Shown here: in pieces, positions 1 through 12,900 of the stretch
Layout: every line of letters starts with the position of its first letter
Numbering within the stretch: the stretch's first letter is position 1
Assembly: GCF_001194135.2 (NCBI RefSeq)
Contig: NC_068990.1
Span: forward strand, 48,322,400 to 48,386,399
Length of the DNA stretch: 64,000 nucleotides
Direction: 5' to 3'
Origin: Octopus bimaculoides
Taxonomy: Eukaryota
The notes under the pieces: model-generated
Told to the model about the DNA's origin: nothing
The model's database searches: none
What the model saw: only the letters and a program-made list of their open reading frames with translations
Made by a program: the position numbers and the translations under genes

Positions 1-690
1 CTGACAATTTCTGAAATTTTTCACATTCAGGTAATTTACCCTTTATTTTATTTACACACACACATGCATCCACCCACTCATACACACATCCACATACACA
101 TGTTCACATATACTTGCTCAGTCATACATACATACTCACAGACATCACAAATGACTGAGTAAAGTATTTGTAGACTAGATAGCATTAGACTCCAAAGTGG
201 TGCATTGCAAGAGGTATCTAGAGGTGCCATGGATCTTTAAAAATATAATTTAAGGCTTCAGAAAATTTATATTAATACTGGAGTGTCTTGAAAATTTTGT
301 TATAATTTACACACAAGTATGATTAATAAAACAAAGTAAGCAATAGATTTCTACATTTTTCTAACATTATTTTAAACTTTAAGCAATTCTTTAAAAAAAT
401 TTCATGCAAATGGACCAGTAATTATTTTTATGTGATCTCGAGAACATCACAAATTGAAAAAGACTGAGAACCCAGGAGAAGAATATTAATGCAGAAGTTA
501 AAGTACTTTAATGCATTAATTAATTTTCACAACACTTCAATTATTTATGCAGTGAGTTAATAGCACAGAATTGTATCATGTTATTAGACGCAGTTCAGTT
601 GTGACATTCAATGTGAGTAGGTGATTTAGAAGAAGTGAGTCATGTCAGTTGTACTTAATCATATTATTGTGAAGAATACATTATACTTAC

Positions 691-770
691 AACACTTCAT
701 CAGAAGGTGTAATTGAACTCAACTCATTATATGTGGTAGATGAACTCTCAGTCAGTGCTGATTGAGCAAA
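691..770 (-). CDS. Candidate next exon (FAQSALTESSSTTYNELSSITPSDEV)
   Basis: Perfect donor TT|GTAAGT at 690. Acceptor gtttttgatgatcag| gives phase 0, matching the phase-0 end of exon 2091-1895. Alternative acceptors at 801 and 816 are phase 2. Confidence 0.45.
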
Positions 771-1894
771 CTGATCATCAAAAACTTTCCAGCCATCATG
801 TCTTTTAAAAGTGTGTCTAAGATTACATTATGTTATGTAATCCTAGATATCCCTATCTTTTCTAAAATAGTATTCTTTGAACAAACCGATGTTCAAATAC
901 ATTCTCATTCTGTCTTTTCAGAAGTGTTTAGGATTATATCAGATTAAGCAATCTGAGAGATCTCCATCTTTTCCAAGATAGTAGAGTATGATTTTAGGAA
1001 GATTTCTGACTACTGTTTCTAGCATGTTAAGCAACTACATAGAGACTGGTTCAATAGCTTCCTGTTATGGAATTAAATGCAAGTTCTTTCTAACAAGAAT
1101 GTCAAGAACTCACTCATGTCCAGAAAATTATTGTCGTTGACTCCCAAGTAAGCCTCAATTGAGCTGATCTATTGGTCTAAGACAATCCAGCCATAACGAT
1201 CTTGCCTTATTTTCAATCATAGTATAGCTATTATTATTCCATATCACCTACCTTATTTTAAGACAGAATATGGTCTGAGAGGTTTGATTGCTATTTCTTG
1301 TAGGTTCAGTGACCATATAAGAACCTCATTTTTGGCTTGTGCTATCAGCAATGTTATTGCTTAAGATTGACCTTTTCCAGTTATAAATTTTAATAATATC
1401 AATAATAGCTTTTAAATCAAATGTACCTCAATACACTGAATCAGTAGTGTATTGGAGTAAATGCAATTTTAATGTCCAGTTACAATCACTTTACATTTAA
1501 GTTCAAATCCTAGAGGAATTGCTTTTGCTTTTCATCCCCCAAGCATTGATAATAGAAGTATACTAGTTTTAAATTATTGAAACTCTTCCTTTGGACCAAC
1601 ATAAGAAATCAAAAGCAGCCTTTCTTAAAATACAACCTCAGTTTAAATTCCTTTTAATATCTTCTTTCATTGTCATCCTGTTTCAATGCCTTTGAACATC
1701 ATCATCATTCAGCGTTTTCTAGTATCAAATCCTCTAGTATCAAATCTCTTTCACTGTTCTGATCTATCAGTTCCAATCTATGTCACCTTATACCCCATAT
1801 CCTGTTTTACAGCCAATCCCAATTTTAGTGCCTACAATATCTCTCCCACCCCCAGAGACCTTACAGAAGTAAATCAGTCAAAGCAAAAACTCAC

Positions 1895-2091
1895 TCCTTC
1901 AGCTTCTGATATTGTGATTGATGGTAAAGATGGGTCTATATCTAATCTACGTTTGCTTCCATTGGTTCGGTGGTCTGGTGTAGTGTGAACTGAACTGCTG
2001 TCACTTTGTTGATCATACATATAGCTCTGATTGCTGATTTCAGATCGAGCATCCTCACTGCTTGCTTGAGATGCATGCTTTTGTTTCTTCC
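1895..2091 (-). CDS. Internal coding exon, same strand as the giant exon (KKQKHASQASSEDARSEISNQSYMYDQQSDSSSVHTTPDHRTNGSKRRLDIDPSLPSITISEAEG)
   Basis: Acceptor ctttaatttctttgtatttttag|GG and donor GGA|GTGAGT; 197 nt, open only in the phase-1 frame (65 codons); higher GC than the flanks. Confidence 0.7.
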
Positions 2092-2252
2092 CTAAAAATA
2101 CAAAGAAATTAAAGGTGAAATAAATTCTAAATAACAGAAATCAATATAAGCAGAGTAATGAATTAGTTATGCAATTAGCTTATTCTTTTGTTTTATTAAT
2201 TAAATCATAATTTAATTAATTTACACTGGCTTTTCCATGTTGGAATGGGTTA

Positions 2253-3128
2253 TATGAGGTCTGATCAATATGTATCCAGACTGTTGCCATAGTAACAAAG
2301 CTAAAGCACACAAAGTGAATTCACTTGGCAAAGATTGACATTAAACTCTGCTCTGCATGTGCATTAACTTTTAACATTCTAGCTCATTTCCACTGTTTAC
2401 AGCAGTGATTGGCAGGAAGGTGTGTAATGTGTGATCGTCGCATTAACCATGACACAGAAAGTTGTTATGGTGATATCTACTCAGAGGCCTATGCAAAGTT
2501 GCAGAAAGTGTATAGAGAGGAGTGTATGAGCCACACACAAGTGTACGAGTGGTTCAGACATTTCCAAGATAGCTGAAAAATATTGATGAATGTTCTGGGA
2601 GACGCACAACCAGTAGAACTGAGTAAAATATCGCAGATGTGCATGCAGCTGTGAGGGGAAATCGTCAAATCACCATCCGGGAGTTATCAGAGGATGAGCA
2701 GATTAGTTACGGTTCAGTTCAGTCCATTATCACTGAAGATTTGGGCATGAGATGCATGTCTGCCAAGTTTATGCCAAAACTGCTTTCAGCTGACCAAAAA
2801 GGCACTTGGGTTTCAGCTGCACAAAATCTCTTTGATTGTATCAAGATTGATGAAAACTTTTTGAAAACTTTTGCATAGGCCTCTGAGCAGGTATTGCCAA
2901 GCTTTTGACAAAATTTGGTGCAGATTCTCAGTCATGGTCAATGCAAAGAATACATGCTACACACATTACTTTCGAGCACTGCTGTAAACAGTGGAAGTGA
3001 TCTAGAACATTAAAACTTAGTGTGCATGCATAGCAGAGTTCATAGTCAATCTATGCCAAGCAGCTTCACTCTGTGCCTTAGCTTCATTATTATGGCAACA
3101 GTCCGGATACTTATTGATCAAACTATGT
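2253..3128 (+). mobile_element. Internally deleted mariner (Tc1/mariner) element with long terminal inverted repeats
   Basis: Left end TA-tgaggtctgatcaata...cactgtttacagcagtg mirrors right end cactgctgtaaacagtg...tattgatca (about 150 bp). Decayed transposase N-terminus: MSHTQVYEWFRHFQ, ITIRELSE...ISYGSVQSII, SAKFMPKLL. Confidence 0.85.
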
Positions 3129-3558
3129 GTGGACCATCATGGTTTGAGTCAGTTTTTATTCATCACTTCTAACCCTGAAAGACAGGTTGACAAGCCCTGT
3201 CTCCTCTGTATGATTTCTTTCTGGCTTGGTTTCTTTGGCTTATTGCTCTTTCTACAAACATTCGGTCAACTCCCAATGGCTGTGAACTTAATCAACTGAA
3301 CTACTGTGCAAACAGATAGCTATATTATGTTTGCTTACTTTTAATTACCTGATTGGACATCCAGTTGTTAAAAAGGTTGAAAAAAGCAAAATTCCAACAA
3401 TTCATAAACAAATTCCCAAATTTTCAAAGATTCATGCAAGCATGGAAAACAAAAAAGAAACAAATGCAAAAATAAATGAAGAAAAAAAGCAAATTTGTTG
3501 TGATTCTTCACTTATTTGGTTTACCATGAGATCATAACTTTATGATATACGTACAGAA

Positions 3559-3930
3559 GTGTCAATCTTCATCAGTCCTTTGCAAATGTCAACCTTCACT
3601 TAACTCTTGCATGTCTCAACCTTCACTAACCCCTTATAGGTATCAACTTTCACTATCTTCTTACTAGTGTCAGCACTGTCTCCTTGCATGTATCAACATT
3701 CACAGCATTCACTGTCTCCTTGTGAATATCAACACTTACTTCCCCTTACAAATGTCAACATTTGCTACCCCTTAAGAATGCCAATACTCACTGTCCCTTA
3801 CAAACGTCAAAATTCAATGTCTCCCTACAAATGTCAACCTCCATTGTCCATTTACAGATGTCTATACACACTGTCCTGCTGAGAAATGTTAACATTCATT
3901 GTCCATTTACAAATATTAACCTTCACATTT
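3559..3930. repeat. Degenerate about 27-bp minisatellite (aaatgtcaacattcactgtccccttac-like), roughly 14 units
   Basis: Recurring tgtcaac/tatcaac...cactgtc...ttac with about 27-bp spacing. Confidence 0.75.
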
Positions 3931-4609
3931 TTCTCATATAAATTAATCCTTTATAATGGGGCCATAGCATCTTTTATTGTAGCATTTTCTTCATGTTATA
4001 ATCAATTGACTGAGTCAATTCCTCTTGTGGGATAGATTGAACTCTGAAGGAAACTCAATAGCAAAACACCTAGGTTAATTGCTAAGAAACCTTGTTGTTC
4101 CACAAATATGACTTGATGGTCTTTCCAGAACAATTACTTCCACAAATAATAAATCAGAAACATTGATGAGCATAATAAAAAAAGAAACTCCAAAGCAAAC
4201 TTAAACAATTGTATCATTGCTGAATGAAACTACTTTAAAAATATGACAAGTAGGAAATGATCTATAAAGTGTTATGAGTGAACAAGTGAGTGAGTCAAAT
4301 GGTAATCTATTCGCTAGAAAGTGATACATCTAAACCTTGAAATGAATTGGAATGTATTCTTAGGTCACATGCATCACTCAAGTTGCCTCAGACCAACACG
4401 TTAGTGTTTGATGTTAATGCAAGTGACAAACTATAAGAAAATGTGTTAGATTAATTTATGCAATTATTTTGAACTTGCAAATTTTATAAAGTATGATTAA
4501 AAAAAAACTTTTTATTTTAAATTATAATTAATATTAGCCTAAAATATGGTTATTAATAAAGCTAAAAATAAATACTTATAAAAGTTTATACTTTCCATGA
4601 AATCTCTCT

Positions 4610-4644
<35 letters not shown>

Positions 4645-4789
4645 TTATACTTCTGAATTGAGGTTACCACCTCCTCCAAAACAAATCACCTAAGTATTCT
4701 GTAAATCCCACCAGTTATAGTCATTTTTAAAATTATTAATTTAGAACACACAGATAACTTTAGGGCATACTTAACTTATGTTGCTTGGC

Positions 4790-4960
4790 CAGATTATGCA
4801 GGAGAGACATCTGTACTGGTAAGAACATGTAATGTGAGTAGATGATACATGCTGGGTGGAAAAGAGCCATTTATTGACAGTAGAGTGCACTGTGGTTGAG
4901 AGAGACCAAGAATAACTTGGAAGGAAGAAGTAAGATAGCATCAGAGAACAATGAGCCTCA
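4790..4960 (+). mobile_element. Decayed RTE LINE 3' ORF fragment
   Basis: QERHLYW*EHVM and gagagaccaagaataacttgg resemble the RTE ends at 47170-47310 and 20560-20610. Confidence 0.5.
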
Positions 4961-5268
4961 CATAAGAATTGACACAGAATCAATACAAATGAATTGGTAC
5001 CGTATTACAGATATGTTAAATCCATACTAACGTACAAGAATGGAGGTTAAGAATACAATATCACTACAGTTTCTGATGACAATAATAATTTTATGCAAAA
5101 ATAGTTATTTTTGCATAACTGAAGCAGGAGAGGTCAATTTCCTTGTGAGTGCCTAAACACATTAAAATATAAACAACTAACTCGATAGGATAAACCTAAT
5201 ACAGTCACTGAAATTGATACATGATATTAATAGATAATAAATAAAATTTCAGATGATGAACAGACTAA

Positions 5269-5272
<4 letters not shown>

Positions 5273-5338
<66 letters not shown>
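5273..5338. repeat. (TC)n microsatellite
   Basis: Pure TC run. Confidence 0.98.
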
Positions 5339-5341
<3 letters not shown>

Positions 5342-6214
5342 ATGTCAATTATCTTATTTAACAATGCTTTATTCTTTAAGGGATCTCTACAGAAAACAAT
5401 GTGATCTCCCTGTATCATATATTTGATAACTTCAAGCTAAGTTAGTGAGTCTTTCTGAAAATGTCTTCGATACTATCAGTGGAGAATAAATGAGACTAAA
5501 ATTCCAAATAGCAGCAATGTGTCGACAACTAATTAGTACAGTGTCAGGTTTCTATAGCAGACCATGACAAACAGAAAATGTTTGTGATATAATTTAGGAT
5601 TCAACTGCCATTGGATTAAAAAATGAAAAAAAAGGGTAAATAGCTGATTCTAGAGTATTGGTAATTGAGTCTTTACCAAACACTATTTCTTCTCTGATTT
5701 TTCTAGTGCTTTTACTATATCATCCTCATGTCTTCTGAAAAATGAATACCAAACCCACCCACCAAAGTTGATTTGATCTCGCTTCCCTTTCTTTGTTATC
5801 CCTCCTGTCTCTCACCCACCAAAATTCACATTTGATAGTTTCAAAAGGTACAACTCCTTTGAAATTTTACACTACCAATAATTTTCTTGAGGACATCAAC
5901 TTTCAGGAGGTTTGGTCTTCAGTCTTTAACTAAACAATAATTACTTTTTAAATAATACATTGCTCATGACATAATCCAAATTCTCATGGTCACATTATCA
6001 GTAGACATGATTAGTTTATTTTTTTAAACTTTTATATTTTACTTGTTTCAGTGCTATGCTGTGGCACTGCCTTGAAGGGTTTAGTTGAACAAATTGACCC
6101 TAATATTTATTTCTAACTCTGATATCTATTCTATCAGTTTCTTTTGCCTACTTATTCTATCTCTTTTGGTGGGTACAAGCACAAACACAAAGACACACAC
6201 ACACACATGTATAT

Positions 6215-6380
6215 ATACACACACATGATGGGCTTCCATACAGTTTCTGTCTACCAAATTTCACTCACAAGGCATTGGTCAGTCCAAGCTATAGTAGAAG
6301 ACACTTGCCCAAGGTGTCACTCAGTAGGACTGAACACAAAACCACATGGTTGCAAATGGAGCTTCTTAACATTGCAACTA
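6215..6380 (-). mobile_element. SINE family C copy (others at about 21290-21410, 30680-30955, 33170-33270, 36105-36260, 42040-42110, 63450-63550, 63800-63870)
   Basis: Shared ctaccaaat(c/t)cactcacaaggc...gctatagtagaagacacttgcccaagg...gggactgaac sequence across copies. Confidence 0.75.
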
Positions 6381-6752
6381 TGCCTGCACTTTAAAATGAT
6401 AATACAAATGATTAAAATTGTTAGAAAATATACTTAAAATAATTTGCATCAACATGAGGAAGATGGACAAAAAAAAATTAGTATTCACTAGTTTCAGATG
6501 TATTAATAGAAGTCAGAAAGTTTTACCAGTTTATAGAGATAATTCCATCAAAGCTCTAAAAGCATAACAGAAGGTTTAAAATAAATATCAAAGTAATTTT
6601 ATTTAAAATTGGGGATAATTCTGAGCAATATATAACCAACAGAAATTCAAAATGTTAAAAATAGAGGTGCACAGGTACAAAGTATAAAATATAAAAATAG
6701 AGGTGCACAAGTTATGTTAGCTGAGAAAATTGAATAAATGATATAAATTCAC

Positions 6753-6758
6753 TTTATT
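6753..6758 (-). promoter_or_regulatory. Candidate AATAAA polyadenylation signal for the giant-exon isoform
   Basis: tttatt on + strand about 220 nt downstream of the giant-exon stop. The motif is common in AT-rich DNA. Confidence 0.3.
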
Positions 6759-6979
6759 GTCCAAATAATAGATACTGATACAGTGGTTAGTTGATATAAT
6801 AAAAGAGTTCTTCACTTTACAAGGAAAGTAGGAAAAACAAATTAAAAAGAAGACAGTCAGTATTGTTGATATCAGTTTATGAGAGGATATTAAAGATGTC
6901 TACCTGAGTCCACAACAAAATCAGATGAATCAGTGTTTACATACTGTTGAGGAGAATCTGTTAAATCTGACTGAACAAA

Positions 6980-9900
6980 TTAATGTGATGGTTGAGTGTT
7001 ATATTTTGCTTTGTTCCTGTTGGGTGTAGCAGGATTTGGTAACATTTCAGAAGCAGATGAAGTATATTCAAAAGCATCACTTAATTCTGTGGGTTTAAAG
7101 ATATTGTCATCCTCATACAAAGGATAATTCAGTGCTTTTGCTGAATATTGATTTTCAGGAGATTGTTTTAAGTGTTTGTAGTTTCTAGAAGTATTATTAT
7201 TTAGGAATTGTTGATATGCAATTTTTTCATCATTGAGAACCATATCACGGAGATTTGCAATTGCAGACATTTCTCTAACAGGATGACTTTGAGATGAGCA
7301 TGATTCTAAAAATGATGGGGTGTCTTGATAATTTCTTTCTCTAGGAGAAAAATCTGACGTAATAGATTTTGCTTTGACAGGACTATCAGTATCATTCCAT
7401 TTAGATAGTGTGTCTGTTTCCGAATTATTCTCAAAGTGTGAATCAATTTCAGTTTCATTTACACTTTCAGTGAAATGAGGTGAATAATTTTTCTGAGACT
7501 GTCTCAATTTTATTGCAGGTTTTTGTGGATCATAATGATCAGAACTTGACTGTTTAGAAGGGTCTGATTCTGCATAAGGCTCTGATGACAGGTTTTGATG
7601 CTTGGGATATGATGAATATGATATAATGCCATTATTATATTCAACAGGATAACCAGAGATATTTGATTCTTTATCATCATCAGAATTCATTTCAACAAAA
7701 TATACTCCAGACTCAGATGTTTTGGACAAGTTTTTGTTATTGCTATCTGATTTAGATGGTTTTCCGAACTTTTCTGACTGAGAACTATTAGGTTCAATAG
7801 AAGTATATTCCTTGACAAAAGTAAAAGATTGATCATCAGGTTCCAGAGTATCTGTTCTAGTTACATCCTGATTAAATTCTAATTCAACTTTTAATTTTAT
7901 ACCGTCTTCCTCCAGAGGGTAGATATCCTCATTAGAATTTACACTGTCAAGTCCATATCCAGCTTTTTTATTCAAATATGTGTCTTCAATACTTTTTTGC
8001 TGAAGATTGTTTTCCTTTATAGGAAAATCAGCTGTATTGTGAGTTTCCAGTTTATTCCCATAGCTAGATTCATACTTAACAAATTCATTAGACTTTTCAC
8101 TTCTCCCAGAAGTTTTTATATTATTGTCGTTTTTAGCAAATAACTGTGGTCTTGTGTATGTATATATCCAATGTCCAGAATTTGTTTTGGAATCAGAAAG
8201 AAAAGATTCCTTCCTTTCAACCCAATAATCTAGCAATGGCTCTGAAACATCAGTGGTCATAGATGGTGCAGGAGGTAAGTTTTTATTTACTCCAACCACA
8301 TCATTAAATTGTTTTATGGTATTTTTTGTTTGTGCTAAATCCTTAACATCTAAGTTTTTATCTTCCTTCATTGGCATGGAGTATTGTTTCTGGTTATGCT
8401 TGATGCTAGCACTTCCAACTGATTCAGGGGTAGAATCATTTTTCTTAAAACCAATCCATGAACTGAATCTTGGTATTATTTTACTACTAGAGAGTGTATC
8501 TTCTGACACAGAGTTAAGATTGACTGCTTCAGATTCATTCTTTGATTGAGAAACTTTATTTCCAAACGAAACAGAAGTAGTTGATAAAGGTTTATGTTGT
8601 AATCCAAACCCTGATGATAATTTTTCCTCAAATGACTGAGAAATTACAGGTCTCTTTTTCTTCAATGATGCTTTACAGTTTGGAGAAAATGTGTTTTCTT
8701 TTCTGTCAATCCAGTGAACAGCTTCATCCTCAGGTTTACTAAGGACCAAAGTTGTATCACTGTTCTCCTTTTTATCATCAATACTTAGTTCCAGTTTATT
8801 ACTGGTCATTGTAGAGTGGACATCAAGTGAAGAACTACTTAGTTTATCTAATTCTTTCCCCATTTTTTTTGGCAATATTTTATTATCAGCAGATACGCTT
8901 ACTTCTGAACTAACTGCCTCTTTTGATTTTGGAGAAACCAAATTTGCCACATGTTTGTCAGCTGATATGTTTCCTTCTGAACCAAATGTCGTCTCTTTTG
9001 ATTTTGGAGAAGCCAAACTTGCCACATGTTTGCCAGCTGATATGTTTTCTTCTGAACCAAATGTTGTCTCTCTTCTTTTTGGAGAAGCCAAGTTTACCAT
9101 ATGTTTATCAGCTGATATATTTTCTTCTGAACCAAACGTTGTCTCTCTTCTTTTTGGAGAAGCCAAATTTGCCACATGTTTGTCAGCTGATATGTTCTCT
9201 TCTGAACCAAATGTTGTCTCCTTTGATTTTGGAGAAGCTAAATTTGCCACATGTTTGCCAGCTGATGTGATTTCTTCTGAACCAAATGCTGTCTCCTTTG
9301 ATTTTGGAGAAACCAAATTTGCCACATGTTTGTCAACTGATATGTTCTCTTCTGAACCAAACGTTGTTTCTTTTGATTTTGGAGAAGCCAAATTTGCCAC
9401 ATGTTTGTCAGCTGATATATTTTCTTCTGAACCAAATGTTGTCTCTCTTCTTTTTGGAGAAGCCAAGTTTGCCACATGTTTATCAGCTGATATGTTTTCT
9501 TCTGAACCAAACGTTGTTTCTTTTGATCTTGGAGAAGCTAAATTTGCCACATGTTTATCAGCTGATACGTTTTCGTCTGAACCAAATGTTGTCTCTCTTC
9601 TATTTGGAGAAGCCAAGTTTACGACATGTTTATCAGCTGATATGTTTTCTTCTGAACCAAATGTTGTCTCATTTCTTTTTAGAGAAGCCAACTTTGCCAC
9701 ATGTTTGTCAGCTCGTATATTTTCTTCCGAACCAAATGTTGTCTCATTTGATTTTGGAAAAGCCAAGTTTGCCACATGTTTATCATCTGACATGTTTTCT
9801 TCTGAACCAAATGTTGTCTCCTTTGATTTTGGAGAAACCAAATTTGCCACATGTTTATCAGCAGATATGTTTTTGTCAGGACTAAATGTTGATTCTTTCG

Positions 9901-12900
9901 CTTTGTATATCGTCATTTTTGCTAACTGTTTAACAGCAGATATGTTTTCTTTTGAGCCAAATGCTGTCTTTCTTTCTGGAGTAGCCAAACTCGCTACATG
10001 TTGTTCAGGTGATTTTTTTGTGTGTAGGCTAATGGTTGTCCCTTTTGCCACATGTTTATCCTCTGATATATTTTCTTCAGAACCAAATTCTGTCTCATTT
10101 CTTTTTGGAGCATTCAGTTTTGTTACATGTTTATCAGCTGGTACCTTTTCTTCTGAACCAAATGTAGTTTCTTTTGTTTTTGAAGAGGTCACTTTAGGAC
10201 CAAATGTTGATTCTTTTGTTTTGGGTAACGTCAATTTTGCTAACTGTTTCACAGCAGATATGTTTTCTTCTGAGCCAAATGTTGTCTCTTTTGTTTTTGG
10301 AGAAACCACATGTACCACATGTTTATCATTTTGTGTCTTTTTATCTGGATCAAAGGTTGTCTCTTTTGCCACATATCTATTTTTTGTTATACTTTTATCT
10401 GGCCCAAATGTTGTCACTTTTGTTTCTGGAGAATTCAAATTTGCATCAAGTTTGACAGCAGTTATGTTTTCTTCTGAACCAAATGTTGTCTCTTTTGATT
10501 TTGGAGAAACTAAATTTGCCACATGTTTGTCAGCTGATATGTTTCCTTCTGAACCAAATGTTGTCTCTTTTGATTTTGGAGAAGCCAAATTTACCACATG
10601 TTTGCCAACTGATATGTTTTCTTGTGAACCAAATGTTGTCTCTTTTGATTTTGGAGAAACTAAATTTGCCACATGTTTATCAGCAGACATGTTTTCTTCT
10701 GAACCAAATGTTGTCTCTTTTGATTTTGGAGAAACTAAATTTACCACATGTTTATCAGCAGACATGTTTTCTTCTGAGCCAAATGTTGTCTCTTTTGATT
10801 TTGGAGAAACTAAATTTGCCACATGTTTATCAGCAGACATGTTTTCTTCTGAACTAAATGTCTCTTTTCTTTTTGGAGAAGCCAAATTTTCCACATACTT
10901 ATCAGTTAGCACCTTTTCATCTGGACCAAATGTTGTCTCTTTTGCCACATGTCTATTCTCTGATATATCCTCATCTGGCCCAAACATTGTCTCTTTTGTT
11001 TTTGGAGAAGCCAAATTTGCCACATGTCTATCAGCTGATACCTTTGTGTCTGGACCAAATGTTGTTTCTTTTGTTTTTGGAGAAGTAACTTCTGCCACAT
11101 ATTTATTATCTGGTATCTTTATATCCGGGCCAAAAGTTGTTTCTTTTGATTTTGGAGGAGTCTTGTTTGTTACAAGTTTGTCAGAAGATATATTTTCATC
11201 TGGTCCATCTTTTGTTTTTTGAGAAGCCAAATTTGCCACATGCTTATCAGCAGATATGGTTCCAGATGTTTCATTTTCTAAATTCAGTTTCATATCAGGT
11301 TCACTACTGAACACCCCTACATTTTCATAAGTTGGTATATTCTTCTTATCAATTTGTTTATCAACATGAACATTGGATATGTTAGCAGTTGATTTATCAG
11401 ATTCACAGTGAGGTTTTGATACAACATCTTTGGGACAATCTACAGTTGTTTCACTCTTATAATCAACATTTATTTTTAATGGAGCTTTGCAAGTTATTTC
11501 CTTAACTGGGGTGGTTATCAAACCAGATTTTTGCATAGCTTCACAAGTTCCAAATTTCTTTACTTCAGAATGATTACTACTTGAGAATTTCTTTACTTTA
11601 TTATCTGATTGGGAATGTCTAGGAGGACTTTGATCAACTCTACCTGGTCTATTTTCAGCATACTTCTCTGGAAATGACTTATAATCATTAGATGTAGATT
11701 TTTTCTCGTTTGAGTCATCTTTTTCAGATTTGTGCTTGCTTCTTGTTGCTTTTGTGCGCTCAGCAGAAAAGAATGTCTCTTTTCGATCTATCCAATAGAG
11801 AGATGTCTGCTGAGAGGTTTGGGCTGCAGTAATAGGCTTAGAAAGGGAACTACTAACTGTAGGCTTATCAGTTACTGGTTTTGATGCTAAGTGAGAGCTT
11901 ACATCAGAAGGGACCACATGACCTATAGATAAAATATCTCCAGAATTATTAGAAGTTTTAGGTTTACTTCTTTTGATGGTTTCTCTAGAACTAAGTGGTA
12001 ATTTAGTTTCTGTATGATCTATCCAATCATTTGTAGATGACAAAAGACTTGATTTAGTTGATATTAATTCAGGATGGATGGGTACCTTTCTACTATCACT
12101 GGCTGCAGGTAATAACCTAAGTTTATCATTGTTATATTTTTCAGGATCAGATACATCCTTCTGTTCAGATCTTATTCTTGAGACTTGGTTAGTGTTATTT
12201 GAAGGTGAAGGCAAGGATAGTGATATTTCATCTTTATGTGAAAAAGAATCCAACTGGGATTCCTTAACAGAGGAGATTATTTCTTTTTTGTCTTGAATAG
12301 GGCTTTTAGAATTATTAACTGAGTGAACACTTTTTGGTTTCGTGGCAAGAAACGTAGGTTCCTTTTGAGAATTAGGGTACTGGATACCAGAATCTGAGTG
12401 GAAGTCTTGAATATTAGTTTTGTAAAAATCTGTTTGTGGTTTATGTTGAATGGTATGATCTTTATCAGAAACTTGTCTACTTCCATTGTTTTCTGTTTCC
12501 TGAGACTCTGAAATTTGCTTATACTTAGCGTCCTTCACATCAGCCACTTGATTCTCTGGAGTATCTTTACTTGAATGATGAAGTGGCACTTCTCCTCTAA
12601 ATGAAAATCTAGATTTTCCTGCAACTGTAACTGTTTCTATTTGTGAATTTTTCTTCTTTTTAACATTCTTTACTTGCTCTGAAGAGCTCTTAGCTGGTGT
12701 ACATTTAGAATTTCTCTCACCTGAGGAGTCTTTAATACTTCTTTCAAGTAAATTCCTTGATACACTGTCACTGGGTTTCTTTCTTGAGAATACAATTCTT
12801 TGTTTTTCTTGGATTTGAATTTTTAACTCAGATCTGTCAATAAAATATGTATAATCTGGTGTGTCACTTGTTTTTACAGGAGTTGTTGCTTTTATATTTT

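Noticed and set aside
5677-5734. Minus-strand segment with good acceptor and donor between the giant exon and exon 2091
   Set aside because: Stops in all three frames; not a coding cassette.
8955-11222. 755-aa + strand ORF (and shorter overlapping ORFs) across the repeat array
   Set aside because: Antisense shadow of the 75-bp coding repeat. It is confined to the array and has no independent start or splice context, while the minus frame extends about 5 kb beyond it.
8905-11265. 75-bp periodic array as a CRISPR-like locus
   Set aside because: No repeat-spacer alternation, the whole unit is in-frame coding, the context is eukaryotic and there are no cas genes.
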